64,000 bases of DNA from an uncultured Phycisphaerales bacterium (GTDB taxonomy: Bacteria; Planctomycetota; Phycisphaerae; Tepidisphaerales; Tepidisphaeraceae), in contig CAVWLP010000003.1 in the NCBI GenBank assembly GCA_963755915.1, positions 224,001 through 288,000 on the forward strand. Direction: 5' to 3'. A model generated the notes under the pieces. The model was not told the origin of the DNA. It worked only from the letters and a program-made list of their open reading frames with translations, and searched no databases. The translations under genes and the position numbers were made by a program. Numbering within the stretch: position 1 is the first letter of the stretch; each line of letters starts with the position of its first letter. Shown piece by piece: positions 53,889 to 63,893 of this stretch.

Positions 53889-54072
53889 CGTTCCTTCCTC
53901 ATCGCGATCTGATCGGTTAGCGGTGCGAGTGAAAACGGGCGGTGGGCCAAGCCGATCAACAAAATTTAGGATCGTTATTCCGCGCTCGTTCAACTTACCC
54001 CAGGCTGATGGACGCACAAGAGCCTAAATGCGAACCGATGGGCCAGATTGCGCAATGAAGGACGTATGATGT

Positions 54073-55100
54073 TCAGGATGGAACTTTTTGCCCAGACCCG
54101 CTGGGCTGGGAGGAGGAATCTGCAGCATTTGCCCCGTGCATGCGAGGGTCCCAGCCGTCGTCTCCGCCAAGGAGATTTTCGATTGTCAGATTTGCCGCTT
54201 CATCATCGGTAAGTTCCCTCGACCATGAAACGCGCCCGCTGCGGTCTGCGCCGGGCCGGTGCAGTCGTATTCCGCGAATCGCGCCGTCTTCTCTTTGGCC
54301 GGATTCCCAAAGTTATTCCACCCAAGCGGATTGATGTGGGCGCCCATTTCGCAGCGAACATAGGCAACTGAAGCATAGTCGTACCAGGGCCGGCCCAGCT
54401 CGGCCATTTGGCCATCGCCCGTCAGCTTGCAATCGAGAAAAACGTACCCCCAAGGTTTGTTCTTATTCGTACTACCGGCCGTAACGTAACCCCCATTCTT
54501 GCTGTGAAGCTCACAATGGTCGAACACGGCCTGCGCGTTTCCAAATATGAAGTCGGTGCGGCCTTCGATATAGCAGTGATCGTAATACTGCCGCCCTCCG
54601 TTGGAGTAAAGCGTGTCCTGCCAGCCAAGGATCCGGCAATTTCGAAAAATCTGCCGGTCGCCCGTTGCCGACAGAGCCAGCGCCTGCCCGGTATCTCCGG
54701 CCGTGTTTTCGAAGGTGATGTTTTCCGCCACAAAATCATGTGGCTGAATCAGCACGCTGAAGCTGCCGGAAGTGCCCACCGCCTTTCCATTGGGTCCGAT
54801 GTGCTTCGCGTTCCAGTCGTTGGTGAGAATCGTGGTCTTGGCGTCATCGCCAAGGAAAGTCACAAAGGGTTTATCCTTGAGGAGCTTTGTCTGTCCCGTA
54901 TACGTGCCCGGTTTGATATGAATCGTCACCGGCTGCTTATTTTTCCCTGGAATCGCGTCAATTGCGGCCTGAACGGTTTGAAAATCACCGCTACCGTCGG
55001 ACGCGACAGTCAATGTTGTTCCCTCAGCGAAGGCGGTGCGCTGCCCGAGCACGCAAACCAGGCACAGCATGACAACAGAACAAATCGCCAAACTTCGCAT
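54073..55100 (-). CDS. Secreted pectin methylesterase (CE8), frameshift ~54250
   Basis: VASDGSGDFQTVQAAIDA, ENITFEN, GQALAL, GWQDTLY, EGRTDFIFG, LGRPW; alternate frame continues ..GGDDGWDP. Confidence 0.92.
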
Positions 55101-55114
55101 ATTGTGTCTTCCCT

Positions 55115-56322
55115 CTACCTCAGGGCGTCACCATTTCGCGAAAGTCCCTTTCCGTTTTTGCGATATACGTTTGGCGTCGCATTTTCTACTCGCATGAAAA
55201 CACGCCGAAATTGCCGCAGATCGGTGAAGCCGCAGGCCTGCGATATCCGGCTAAGCGTCATGTTCCTCTCCCGAAGCAATTCCTTCGCCCGCTGCACGCG
55301 AATTTCCGCAATGTATTCCGCGGGCGTTCGATTCAGGACGCTGTCGAACAATATTTCCAGTTGCCGGCGCAAACGCCCGCCGCGGTAACCAGCGCTTTCA
55401 CTCCGAACGGCTCGCCCGGATGGCTTTGCACAAATTCGACCGCCTTGGCGACCACCGGATGATCGATGACCATCACGTCGGTGGATTCGCGCTGAATAAC
55501 TCCATTGGGAGCGATCAGTTGATCGCATGACGGCCGCGGTTTTCCGTTCATCAGCTCGTCGAGCAGATGTGCGACCTGAAACCCGACTTTCCACCAGTCG
55601 CACTCAATTGTGGTCAACTTCGGCGAGCCAAATTCGCAGTCGATTTCGTTATTGTCGACGCCAATGATGCCCATTTCCTCCGGCACCTTTAGGCCCGCCT
55701 GCAGGCAGGCGTCGGCCAGCATCCGCGCTCGAGCGTCGCTAACGGCGAACACACCGATCGGCTTCGGCAGCTTCTTAATCCACTTGCACAGCCCGTAAAT
55801 CGCGTCGTCCCACAGTTGCTCGTGCATGAGCATGTTCGGGGAAATGTATCGAAACACGGACGAGGTTTTGGAGGCAAGCCGTGCGCAAAATTCCGATTCG
55901 CGCGTGATCGAATACCCGGCGCCTTCAACGCCATAAAACCCGAAATGCCGGAACCCCCGGTAGAGCAGATGTTCAGCCGCCATCCGGCCGATGGCCGCCT
56001 GATCCATCATGACCCGCGGAATTCCCGGATTCTGCACCAATGCCACGAACGTAACCACCGGTATTTTCATCCGCCGAGCGGCCTTGGCTTCCGCTTCCGT
56101 GCCGAAGGAAGTGATGATGCCGTCGCCCTGCCAGCGTCGGAGCGATCGGATCGAAAGATCGTTCGCCTCTCCGCTCGTCGTGAAGACCCAATTCCCGTGT
56201 TCATGCGCGTAATCGGCGATTCCCTGCACGACCGTGTGTAAATGGGCCAGCCGCACCGGGAAGGCAAGCGCAACCCGGCGCGGAGAATGTTTTTGCTTTG
56301 GCGCTATCCGTTTAGGAATCAT
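55115..56322 (-). CDS. XylR-type regulator (LacI-like ligand domain + AraC HTH), frameshift ~55375
   Basis: GIADYA, AAEHLLYRGFRHF, LPKPIGVFAVSD, GVDN; RQLEILF...RTPAEYI..IRV..AK.LL, ACGF. Confidence 0.88.
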
Positions 56323-56335
56323 GGCTTGCAAAATT

Positions 56336-57750
56336 CTAAGGACCTACCTGGTTTTCCAGTACAACAACTTGCCAGTGCGGGATGAACATGTGTACGGCCA
56401 AAAACGCGCAGGGGAAACCGCACCCGGCAAGAACGAACAGCAACGAGTAGTTCCCGCCGGTGTGCTGAAGATACCACCCGGCGAACTCCGCGAAGGCCAT
56501 CGAACCGATGGCGCCCGCTGCCGTGCCCAACCCCACCATCGAAGCGATGGCGCGCTTCGGATACAGGTCGGTTGTGATCGAGTAACTGTTGGCCGACCAC
56601 CCCTGCATCGCGGCCATCGCGAATCCCACCACCAGGATTGCCGGCCACATCAGCGGGATCAGACCCACAAAAGCAATCGGAATCACACAAAACGCGCAGA
56701 GCCCAAGCGAAAACTTGCGGGCGAAATGCACCGACTTTCCGTTCGAGATCAACCACGTCGCAAGCACGCCGCCCAAAATGCTCCCGATGAGCTGCATGCT
56801 GAACGCCGTGGCCAGCGGCCACCCCGCCTGCGAAATGCTTACCTTGAACCGGGAGGCAAGAAACTTCGGAAGCCAGAAAACCTGGAACCACATCACCGGC
56901 ACAACCAGCGCGGCCGATATCAGAATCCCCCAGGTCTGCGGAAAACGAAACAACTCAAACCAATGCACTCGGCCAACGTCCTCGTTGGCCGCCGAACGCG
57001 CAATCTCCGGATCGTCATCCGTCCGGATGAACGAAACGTCGGCCTCCGAAAGATAGCGAGACTTTTCCGGACGCTGGTAGAACAAAAGCCACAGCACGAT
57101 CCAGACGAATCCTAACGCGCAAGAACAATGAACGCCATCTCCCAATTCCAGGTCTTTACGATCCACGGGACGAGCAGAGGCGCAATGATGGCGCCGCTGC
57201 TCGTTCCGGTGTTAAACAAGCCCGTCGCCAGAGACCGCTCGCGGCGCGGGAACCATTCCCCGACCGTTTTCGTAGCGGCCGGAAAATTACCGGCTTCCCC
57301 AAGGCCAAGAGCGAAACGCGCCGCCGCGAATCCAAGAAGAGTCGTCGTCAACGCCGTCGCGCAAGCGGCCAGGCTCCACACCGCAATTGCGAAGATATAC
57401 CCCACCTTCAACCCACATCGATCGATGAACCAGCCCACGCCCAGCAGGCCGATCATATAGGCAAGCTGAAACGCGAAGACGAGGTGGCCGTATTCCTGCT
57501 CGTTCCAACCGAATTTTCCCTGCAGTATCGGGGCGAGGATCGCCATGACCTGCCGGTCCATGTAGTTGATCGACGTCGCCAGGAAGAGCAGCCCGCAGAT
57601 GAGCCAGCGAAAGGAAGCACCGTGAAAAAGTCTCCCGGAAGGTCGATTCCAGGCGACTCCCCGGCCCGCGGAAATTGATTTGGACGGCTCGGTGAAGGCC
57701 GAACGCGCCTGGCTCTCACTGCCTTCCTGCCGGGACGTGCGTAACATCAC
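56336..57750 (-). CDS. MFS hexuronate (ExuT-like, ACS family) transporter, frameshift ~57115
   Basis: INYMDRQ, LGLGEAGNFPAA.K.V.EWFP.RER.LATGLFN.G, FWLPKF, MQGWSAN. Confidence 0.88.
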
Positions 57751-57861
57751 GAACCTCGTCTTTCGATTCCGCTGATCGGAAATGATACCGTCGATCCCGT
57801 TGCTCGCATAAAAGCGAGCCTGCGTACCAACGCGCTTAATTGCGCAGCCCTTGTTCCGGGA

Positions 57862-59313
57862 CTACGAACCGGCCGGCCTCGTCGCCGGATGATCAATGGC
57901 CAGCGTTTGTGAATCAATGTCGCTGCAATCCCGCGTCAAAAGGCCGGCCTCATCTTCCGTCTCAAACACGCAATCCTGGAAATGAACGCCGGTCGCATTT
58001 GTGCATGAAAAGCCGTGCCGGGACCGTACATGCACGTTACTGAAAGTAATGTCCGAGACAGGCATTTCGCGTAAACCGGTTATCGTGCCGGCGTCCGTCG
58101 CCCCGCGGACGGTTACGTTGGTGATCAGGATGTCCCGCAGCCGGGGAGTTGAGTCGCTCACCGGATATGTTTCGCCGGGCTTGTCCTTGCCCATGTAGAA
58201 CGTGGTAATTACGAACGGATGCGGAACGTCCTCCATAACGATGTTGTCAAACGCCACTCCCTCAATGACGCCGCCTCTTCCTCGCTGGCTTTTGATGCGG
58301 ATACCGCTGTCGGTTCCATGAAATACGCAATTGTTAACGGTGATGTTACGAACACCGCCCGACATTTCGCTGCCGATGGTCACACCACCATGACCATGGT
58401 AAGTCGTGCAGTTGGCGATGAGGATATCCTCGTCCGGCCGTCCCATCCTGCGGCCCGACTCATCTTCCCCGCTTTTCAGCGTGATGCAGTCATCCCCGTC
58501 GTCCACCCGGCAATTCAGAATCTGCACGCTTCGGCAGGATTCCGGATCAATACCATCTGTATTCGGCGAGGGAATGTGGGCTGAAATCGTTACCCCATCG
58601 ATGCGCACGCCGTCGCAAAGCAATGGATGAATATTCCATTCCGGCGAATCCAACAGAGTAACGTGCTCGACCACCACACTTGTACAGCGCAGAAACCGAA
58701 TCAACTGCGGACGGCCCAGCGGGAGGCCGGGCAGCGAGCCCACAATCTGAGGCTGCGGCGGCGCCGGCGGAGGGTCATACGTGCCGGTCGGGTCTTCGCT
58801 ACGTGCGTGCCGCTTGGCCTTCATCGCCAGTATGGGCCCCCACCACGATGCGCCCCGACCGTCAATCGTCCCGTTGCCGGTAACCGTGATGTCCGCCGCA
58901 TCATGCGCATAGATCAGCGCCGACATCCATCGTTTTTCTGGCTCCCACGGACTTTCCACCATCGGATAATCGGACGAGTTTTGGCTGGCAAGAAGCGTGG
59001 CGCCCTCGTCAATCTCCAGACAGACGTGAGACTTCAGCTCAAGCGCGCCGGTCAGATAGCGCCCGCCCGGGATAAGGACAGTGCCTCCGCCAGCCTCGAA
59101 GCATGCGGTAATCGCCTTCGAAATCGCCCCCGTGTCCAGAGTCCTGCCGTCGCCAACTGCACCGAAATCGGCAACATTCCAGATCGGCGGTCTGAGAGAA
59201 GCAGCTCGCGTGTCGGCGCAAATGCCGGCGGCGATCAGGGCGGCGATGAATAGTGAGCTTAATCCCGGCCGCGTCATAGAAGAATTCCTGGCGCCGCCAA
59301 GTCGCAGCCTCAT
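57862..59313 (-). CDS. GH28 polygalacturonase / exo-polygalacturonosidase, secreted
   Basis: DFGAVGDG, YLTGALELKS, PNTDGIDPESC, GDDCITLKSG, GHGGVTIGSEMSGG, GIRIKS.RGRGG; ATG overlaps the upstream stop (TAATG). Confidence 0.93.
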   Translation of the reverse strand: MRLRLGGARNSSMTRPGLSSLFIAALIAAGICADTRAASLRPPIWNVADFGAVGDGRTLDTGAISKAITACFEAGGGTVLIPGGRYLTGALELKSHVCLEIDEGATLLASQNSSDYPMVESPWEPEKRWMSALIYAHDAADITVTGNGTIDGRGASWWGPILAMKAKRHARSEDPTGTYDPPPAPPQPQIVGSLPGLPLGRPQLIRFLRCTSVVVEHVTLLDSPEWNIHPLLCDGVRIDGVTISAHIPSPNTDGIDPESCRSVQILNCRVDDGDDCITLKSGEDESGRRMGRPDEDILIANCTTYHGHGGVTIGSEMSGGVRNITVNNCVFHGTDSGIRIKSQRGRGGVIEGVAFDNIVMEDVPHPFVITTFYMGKDKPGETYPVSDSTPRLRDILITNVTVRGATDAGTITGLREMPVSDITFSNVHVRSRHGFSCTNATGVHFQDCVFETEDEAGLLTRDCSDIDSQTLAIDHPATRPAGS

Positions 59314-60206
59314 TAAAACAAAGGCTGGCCGTATTTATTCCAAGACGTCGCCCAGGCGCCGTTTTTCCAATATCCAACCAGGTAGTCCTTGGTTGTAAAC
59401 GAACTAAAAGCACTTCCACTGGGAGGCGAATTGTAAAGCCATGGGATATTGGTGATGTTGATGCTTCCGCCCCCTGGCATCACGAAATTATTCGGGGTCA
59501 CCAGGGCAACATGGCCGTCTGCGCATAGGACATTGGCTTGGGTTCGCTTGGTGTGGGGGAACCACATGAATGGGCACTGCTGCGATGCGGGAGCCCATGT
59601 GGCCCAGTGATTGCCAAGAAGGTAGTTTATTTCAGCGAACAGACTTATCCGCCATTGGTTGCTGTTACCGCCACCGCCTTCGGCATAAGCCTTATCGATG
59701 TCCGTCGCGAGAATCACGTTCCCCGGAATTCCGCTCACCTTTTGCACTGGCGCTGGGGCGGGCGACGTTGCGGGAATCACAATACTTCCGATATTTCCAT
59801 TGTACGTGTAGTCGCCCCAGTAATTATTCGTCCCAATGGGACCGGTTATGTCCAACGTGTGGTCCGCCGACGGGCAATAGAGATATTTGAGGACCGTCTG
59901 GTCGTTTTGGTTTGAGTTGTCGTTTGCGTTGTTGCCCCCCACCTCATTGCCGATCAATCCCGGAGACCACCAGAAAGTAAGCACGTTCGGCGTGCTCATC
60001 TCGGCAGGCAGTGCATAGCCCTGATAATCATCTGAATAAAGGACATAAAGAGCGTATATCTGCCGAAGATTCGACTGACACGCCACCGTATTCGCCTGCT
60101 CCCTCGCTTTCTGCAGCGCCGGCAGGAGAATTCCAATCAAAACGGCGATGATTCCGATGACCACAAGCAATTCGACAAGAGTAAATCCGGGTTTAGGTCT
60201 CCGCAT
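59313..60206 (-). CDS. Prepilin-type N-terminal cleavage/methylation protein with H-X(n)-DG C-terminus (DUF1559-like)
   Basis: [32 protein letters not shown]...CQSNLRQ, YCPSA, PH....[10 protein letters not shown]. Confidence 0.92.
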   Translation of the reverse strand: MRRPKPGFTLVELLVVIGIIAVLIGILLPALQKAREQANTVACQSNLRQIYALYVLYSDDYQGYALPAEMSTPNVLTFWWSPGLIGNEVGGNNANDNSNQNDQTVLKYLYCPSADHTLDITGPIGTNNYWGDYTYNGNIGSIVIPATSPAPAPVQKVSGIPGNVILATDIDKAYAEGGGGNSNQWRISLFAEINYLLGNHWATWAPASQQCPFMWFPHTKRTQANVLCADGHVALVTPNNFVMPGGGSINITNIPWLYNSPPSGSAFSSFTTKDYLVGYWKNGAWATSWNKYGQPLF

Positions 60207-60306
60207 ACTGTCCGCCTCGTAAAGTCATTTCGCTCCGTCCGAGAGATGGTGGGCGAATCGCGCCCAGCTACGGAGGAACTATGACACGCCCTCGATATGC
60301 GCACTA

Positions 60307-60341
60307 GTGCTTTCTTGCGCATTGATGTGCTATTTTGCGCA
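60307..60341 (-). promoter_or_regulatory. AraC/XylR-type direct-repeat operator upstream of the DUF1559-GH28 operon
   Basis: gtgctttcttgcgca (60307-60321) and gtgctattttgcgca (60327-60341); 20-bp period. Confidence 0.6.
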
Positions 60342-60562
60342 AGATATTCAGATGGTCTCCGCGCGCTCGCCCGATCGTAATTTAGTCTTTGAGATTCACG
60401 CTCCGCCGCGGCGCGACCCGCTTCGCAAAACGGATCATCCATTCGCAATATGGCTCTTTCGCGAACTGCGGGCGCCGCTATATTTCCGGCAACACAACAG
60501 GCAATTCGGTCAAGGCGGTCGAATTCTCAAACGAGCTCATTCAACGTAATTGGAGGGTTATC

Positions 60563-63500
60563 ATGAAAGAGTCGAGCAGCGGCTTCCTCTCGGGCACTTT
60601 GAACAATTTCTCGCGGAACGCTCGGCGCACCCGCCGCTCCGCGGCAGTCCTGGCCTCGGCCACGGCCGTCAGCTTCCTCACGTTGAGGGGGCACGCGCAA
60701 ACGACCAATCTCACGTGGGACCCGGCACAGAATGCCAACAACTCCCTTCCCGCCAGCGGCGGCAGCGGAACCTGGAACACGACCCTTGCCAACTGGTCCA
60801 ACGGCACCGCGGACGTCGTCTGGGCGGACACCTCCGGAACGCTCGATAACGCCATCTTCGGCGGCACGGCCGGAACGGTTACGCAGAATGCAAACCTCGG
60901 TGCTGCCGAGGTGATCTTCCAAACACCGGGCTATTCCATCAACAGCGGTTCGAACATTCTGCTCCTGGCGACAGCAGGCACAACCATCGACACCAGCGAC
61001 ATCGGTTCCGGGTCCGCCAGCCTGGGCAACGTGGATATCGGCGCCAGCGCGGAAACCTGGAACGTCGGCTCGGCTGCTCTCGCCTTTAACGGCGCGGTTC
61101 GCGACAACGGGCAGTCCAGCACCACCCTCACCGTCAACGGAAGCGGCACGACTCAGCTCTCGGGCGGCCTCACGCTTACCAGTGGCAATTTTACGGCCAG
61201 GTGGACCGTTGCCGGCAGCGAAAACATTAACATTGCGGGACTCGTGCAGGACGGGAATACCGGCGGCAACTTCCTCACCTATGACGGCACGGGGACGCTC
61301 TCCCTGTCGGGAACATCCAATACGTTTGGGACCTCGACGTCATCAAATCTGGCCGTGGATAGCGGCGTGCTGGCCGTCGCCGCCGCCGGCTCGCTTGGAA
61401 GCTCCTCTAACCCGCTGGTACTTGGAAACAACACTGCCACCGCGACCTTCCAGGGCATTGGATCGAGCACCATCGCCGTTGCTAACCCCGTCACCCTCGG
61501 CGGCGGCGGTGGTGGTACCTCCATCATTGGCGGGTCTACGCCGCTGGTTTTCACCAACGTCACTGGCCAGGGCAGCTCCGATGATCTGAACGTAAATAAC
61601 ACCGCTTCCACCACCTTCAGCGGCAGCTTCTATCTTTCCGGCAGCGAAGGCAACCGAAGGGTCTTGATCGGCGGAACCGGCAGTCTCCTGATCAGCGCCG
61701 TCGTTAGCGATAATCCTTTGGAAGGACCGGGCATCAATCCTTCAACCCTTGCTTATCTCGGCACGGGAACGATGACCCTCACCAACGTCGACAACAATTT
61801 CTCGGGCGACCTGGCGGTCCAAAACGGCACAGTCGTCGTCACCAACGATGCAGTTCTCGGCGTCGGCAGCACTTTGTTCTTCGGCCCGGCTAGCGGCAGT
61901 ACGCCCGCGGGAGCGGGCATTTTTGAGGGTTCGGGCACTTCCACACTAACGATCGCCCACCCGGTGACGATAGATACCAGCACCGCGGATGACATCACCC
62001 TCGCCGGCACGACTCCGCTGCTGTTCACCAATACCATCACCTTCGACACCGCCAGTTCAACCACCAACACAGTCATCGTTAACGACACAGGCGGCGTCGT
62101 CTGGAATGCGCCCGTTTACCTTGCAACAGGCGGTAGCAATCGAACCACAACATTCGGCGGAGCCAACAATATCACTATCGACGGAGTCGTCGCCACCGGT
62201 ACGGTGGGCGTTACCACCACGTGTAATCTGGCCTATAGCGGAACCGGCACGATGACGCTCGCCAACGCCAACACCTACACCGGAACGAACACCGTTAACA
62301 GTGGCGTATTCGATGTCGCCAACACTTCCGGCTCCGCCACCGGAACCGGCAACGTAACATTGAATGGCGGCGTCCTCGCCAGCGGAAGCGTCGGCTCCAT
62401 TGCCGGCAATGTCATCGCCGGCAGCGGCGCGCACGCGATCGCCCCCGGCGGCGTCGGAAGCGTTGGAACACTGACTGTTGGCGGACTCACCACCAGTACG
62501 CTCACCACCCTGGACTTCGACCTCGGCACCGGCAGCGGCCTCGTCACCAATGGCGACAATCTCATCCTGGGCTCGGGACTCGTCAGCATTGCCAGCGGCA
62601 CACTCCTCACCTTTGGCGGCGCCACACCGGTTGCCGGCAATGACTACCAGCTCATTGGCGATACCAGTGGCTCCGGCGCCGTCGTCAGTCAGATCCAACT
62701 GGCGAATTTTACGCTCCCAGCAGCGCCGGCCGGCCTGGCCTACAGCCTCGCGGAAAGCGCCAACTTTATCGATCTCGATGTGATCAGCACCGGACCGGTT
62801 TCGCTCTTCTGGGATAATGCCGGCGGCAGTGGCAATGGCACCACCTGGGATACCAGCAACCAGAACTGGAACAACGGTTCAGCCGCAACGACCTACGCCG
62901 ACGGTGCGGCCGTCACCTTCAACGACACCAACGCCCTCCACTATGCCGTAACCCTCACCACCACCGTCAGTCCCGCCTCGGTGACGGTCAACAGCTCCGG
63001 CAACTACTCCATCACCGGCGGTGGTCTCATCGTCGCCACCGGCGGATTCACGAAGATGGGCACGAGCACTCTGACGCTCGGCGTTGGTCTGACCGCCAGC
63101 AGCCTGGCCATCAACGGTGGAAACGTCGTGCTTGCGAGCAACACGACCGCCAGCAGCGGCTGGACCGCCACCAATCCCGTCAGCAATATCAACGTCTCCT
63201 CGCTGACCATTGCGGCCAACAGCGTTCTGGACATCTCCAATAACCACGTGATCATCGACTACGGCGCCACCGACCCGATGTCTACCATCCTGGGCTACCT
63301 CAAGTCCGGCTTCAACAACGGCGCCTGGAACGGGACCTCTGGAATCATCTCGTCCGCCGCCCAGACCAAAACCAACGGCTTGACCTACAGCATCGGTTGG
63401 GCCGACGGAAACGACAAAACCGGGGCCGTGAAAAACCTCACCAGCGGCGAGATCGAATTGAAGTACACGCTGGTCGGCGACGCCAATCTCGACGGCACCG

Positions 63501-63811
63501 TCAACGGCTCCGACTTCTCGATCCTGGCCGCCAACTTCGGCCTCGGCGTCACCAACTGGGACCAGGGGAACTTCCTGTATGGCAGTTCGGTCAACGGCTC
63601 CGACTTCAGCGCCTTGGCGGCGAACTTCGGCCAGGGCGATAGCGGCGCTGCCGTGACGGTTACGCCCGCAGACGTGCAGGCGCTCGACGCCTTCGCGGCC
63701 GCCAACGGCCTGCCAGCGCCGACGATCGCCGCGGTGCCGGAACCTGCGAGCCTTGGCCTCTTGGCGCTGGGCGCCACCAGTTTACTGGCCCGCCGCCGGC
63801 GGTCTGAGTGA
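60563..63811 (+). CDS. Large PEP-CTERM protein with autotransporter-associated beta-strand repeats and a dockerin-like C-terminal module
   Basis: GGAGG RBS before MKESSSG; repeated GTGTL.L...NT[FY].G...V..G.L; GDANLDGTVNGSDF; VPEPASLGLLALGATSLLARRRR. Confidence 0.9.
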   Translation: MKESSSGFLSGTLNNFSRNARRTRRSAAVLASATAVSFLTLRGHAQTTNLTWDPAQNANNSLPASGGSGTWNTTLANWSNGTADVVWADTSGTLDNAIFGGTAGTVTQNANLGAAEVIFQTPGYSINSGSNILLLATAGTTIDTSDIGSGSASLGNVDIGASAETWNVGSAALAFNGAVRDNGQSSTTLTVNGSGTTQLSGGLTLTSGNFTARWTVAGSENINIAGLVQDGNTGGNFLTYDGTGTLSLSGTSNTFGTSTSSNLAVDSGVLAVAAAGSLGSSSNPLVLGNNTATATFQGIGSSTIAVANPVTLGGGGGGTSIIGGSTPLVFTNVTGQGSSDDLNVNNTASTTFSGSFYLSGSEGNRRVLIGGTGSLLISAVVSDNPLEGPGINPSTLAYLGTGTMTLTNVDNNFSGDLAVQNGTVVVTNDAVLGVGSTLFFGPASGSTPAGAGIFEGSGTSTLTIAHPVTIDTSTADDITLAGTTPLLFTNTITFDTASSTTNTVIVNDTGGVVWNAPVYLATGGSNRTTTFGGANNITIDGVVATGTVGVTTTCNLAYSGTGTMTLANANTYTGTNTVNSGVFDVANTSGSATGTGNVTLNGGVLASGSVGSIAGNVIAGSGAHAIAPGGVGSVGTLTVGGLTTSTLTTLDFDLGTGSGLVTNGDNLILGSGLVSIASGTLLTFGGATPVAGNDYQLIGDTSGSGAVVSQIQLANFTLPAAPAGLAYSLAESANFIDLDVISTGPVSLFWDNAGGSGNGTTWDTSNQNWNNGSAATTYADGAAVTFNDTNALHYAVTLTTTVSPASVTVNSSGNYSITGGGLIVATGGFTKMGTSTLTLGVGLTASSLAINGGNVVLASNTTASSGWTATNPVSNINVSSLTIAANSVLDISNNHVIIDYGATDPMSTILGYLKSGFNNGAWNGTSGIISSAAQTKTNGLTYSIGWADGNDKTGAVKNLTSGEIELKYTLVGDANLDGTVNGSDFSILAANFGLGVTNWDQGNFLYGSSVNGSDFSALAANFGQGDSGAAVTVTPADVQALDAFAAANGLPAPTIAAVPEPASLGLLALGATSLLARRRRSE

Positions 63812-63847
63812 GTGTCGATGATCTGCACGACCAACAGGTCCTCCTCT

Positions 63848-63893
63848 GCCGACCGCGACCATCCCTCCGAGGCGCGGTCGGTTTCTTATTTGT
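63848..63893 (+). terminator. Probable Rho-independent terminator
   Basis: gccgaccgcg/cgcggtcggt stem followed by ttcttatttg. Confidence 0.55.

Noticed and set aside
5489-57750. Programmed ribosomal frameshifting or phase variation explaining the split genes
   Set aside because: Breaks are scattered across unrelated genes with no shared slippery site or long SSR
60389-60562. Upstream extension of the large PEP-CTERM ORF (likewise 3636-3893, 12499-12618, 15110-15388, 20655-20933, 53889-54017)
   Set aside because: Downstream starts have a better RBS, signal peptide or family N-terminus; the extensions overlap regulatory DNA or neighbouring genes
60563-63811. Classical type V autotransporter
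   Set aside because: It has passenger-type beta repeats but ends in PEP-CTERM rather than a beta-barrel
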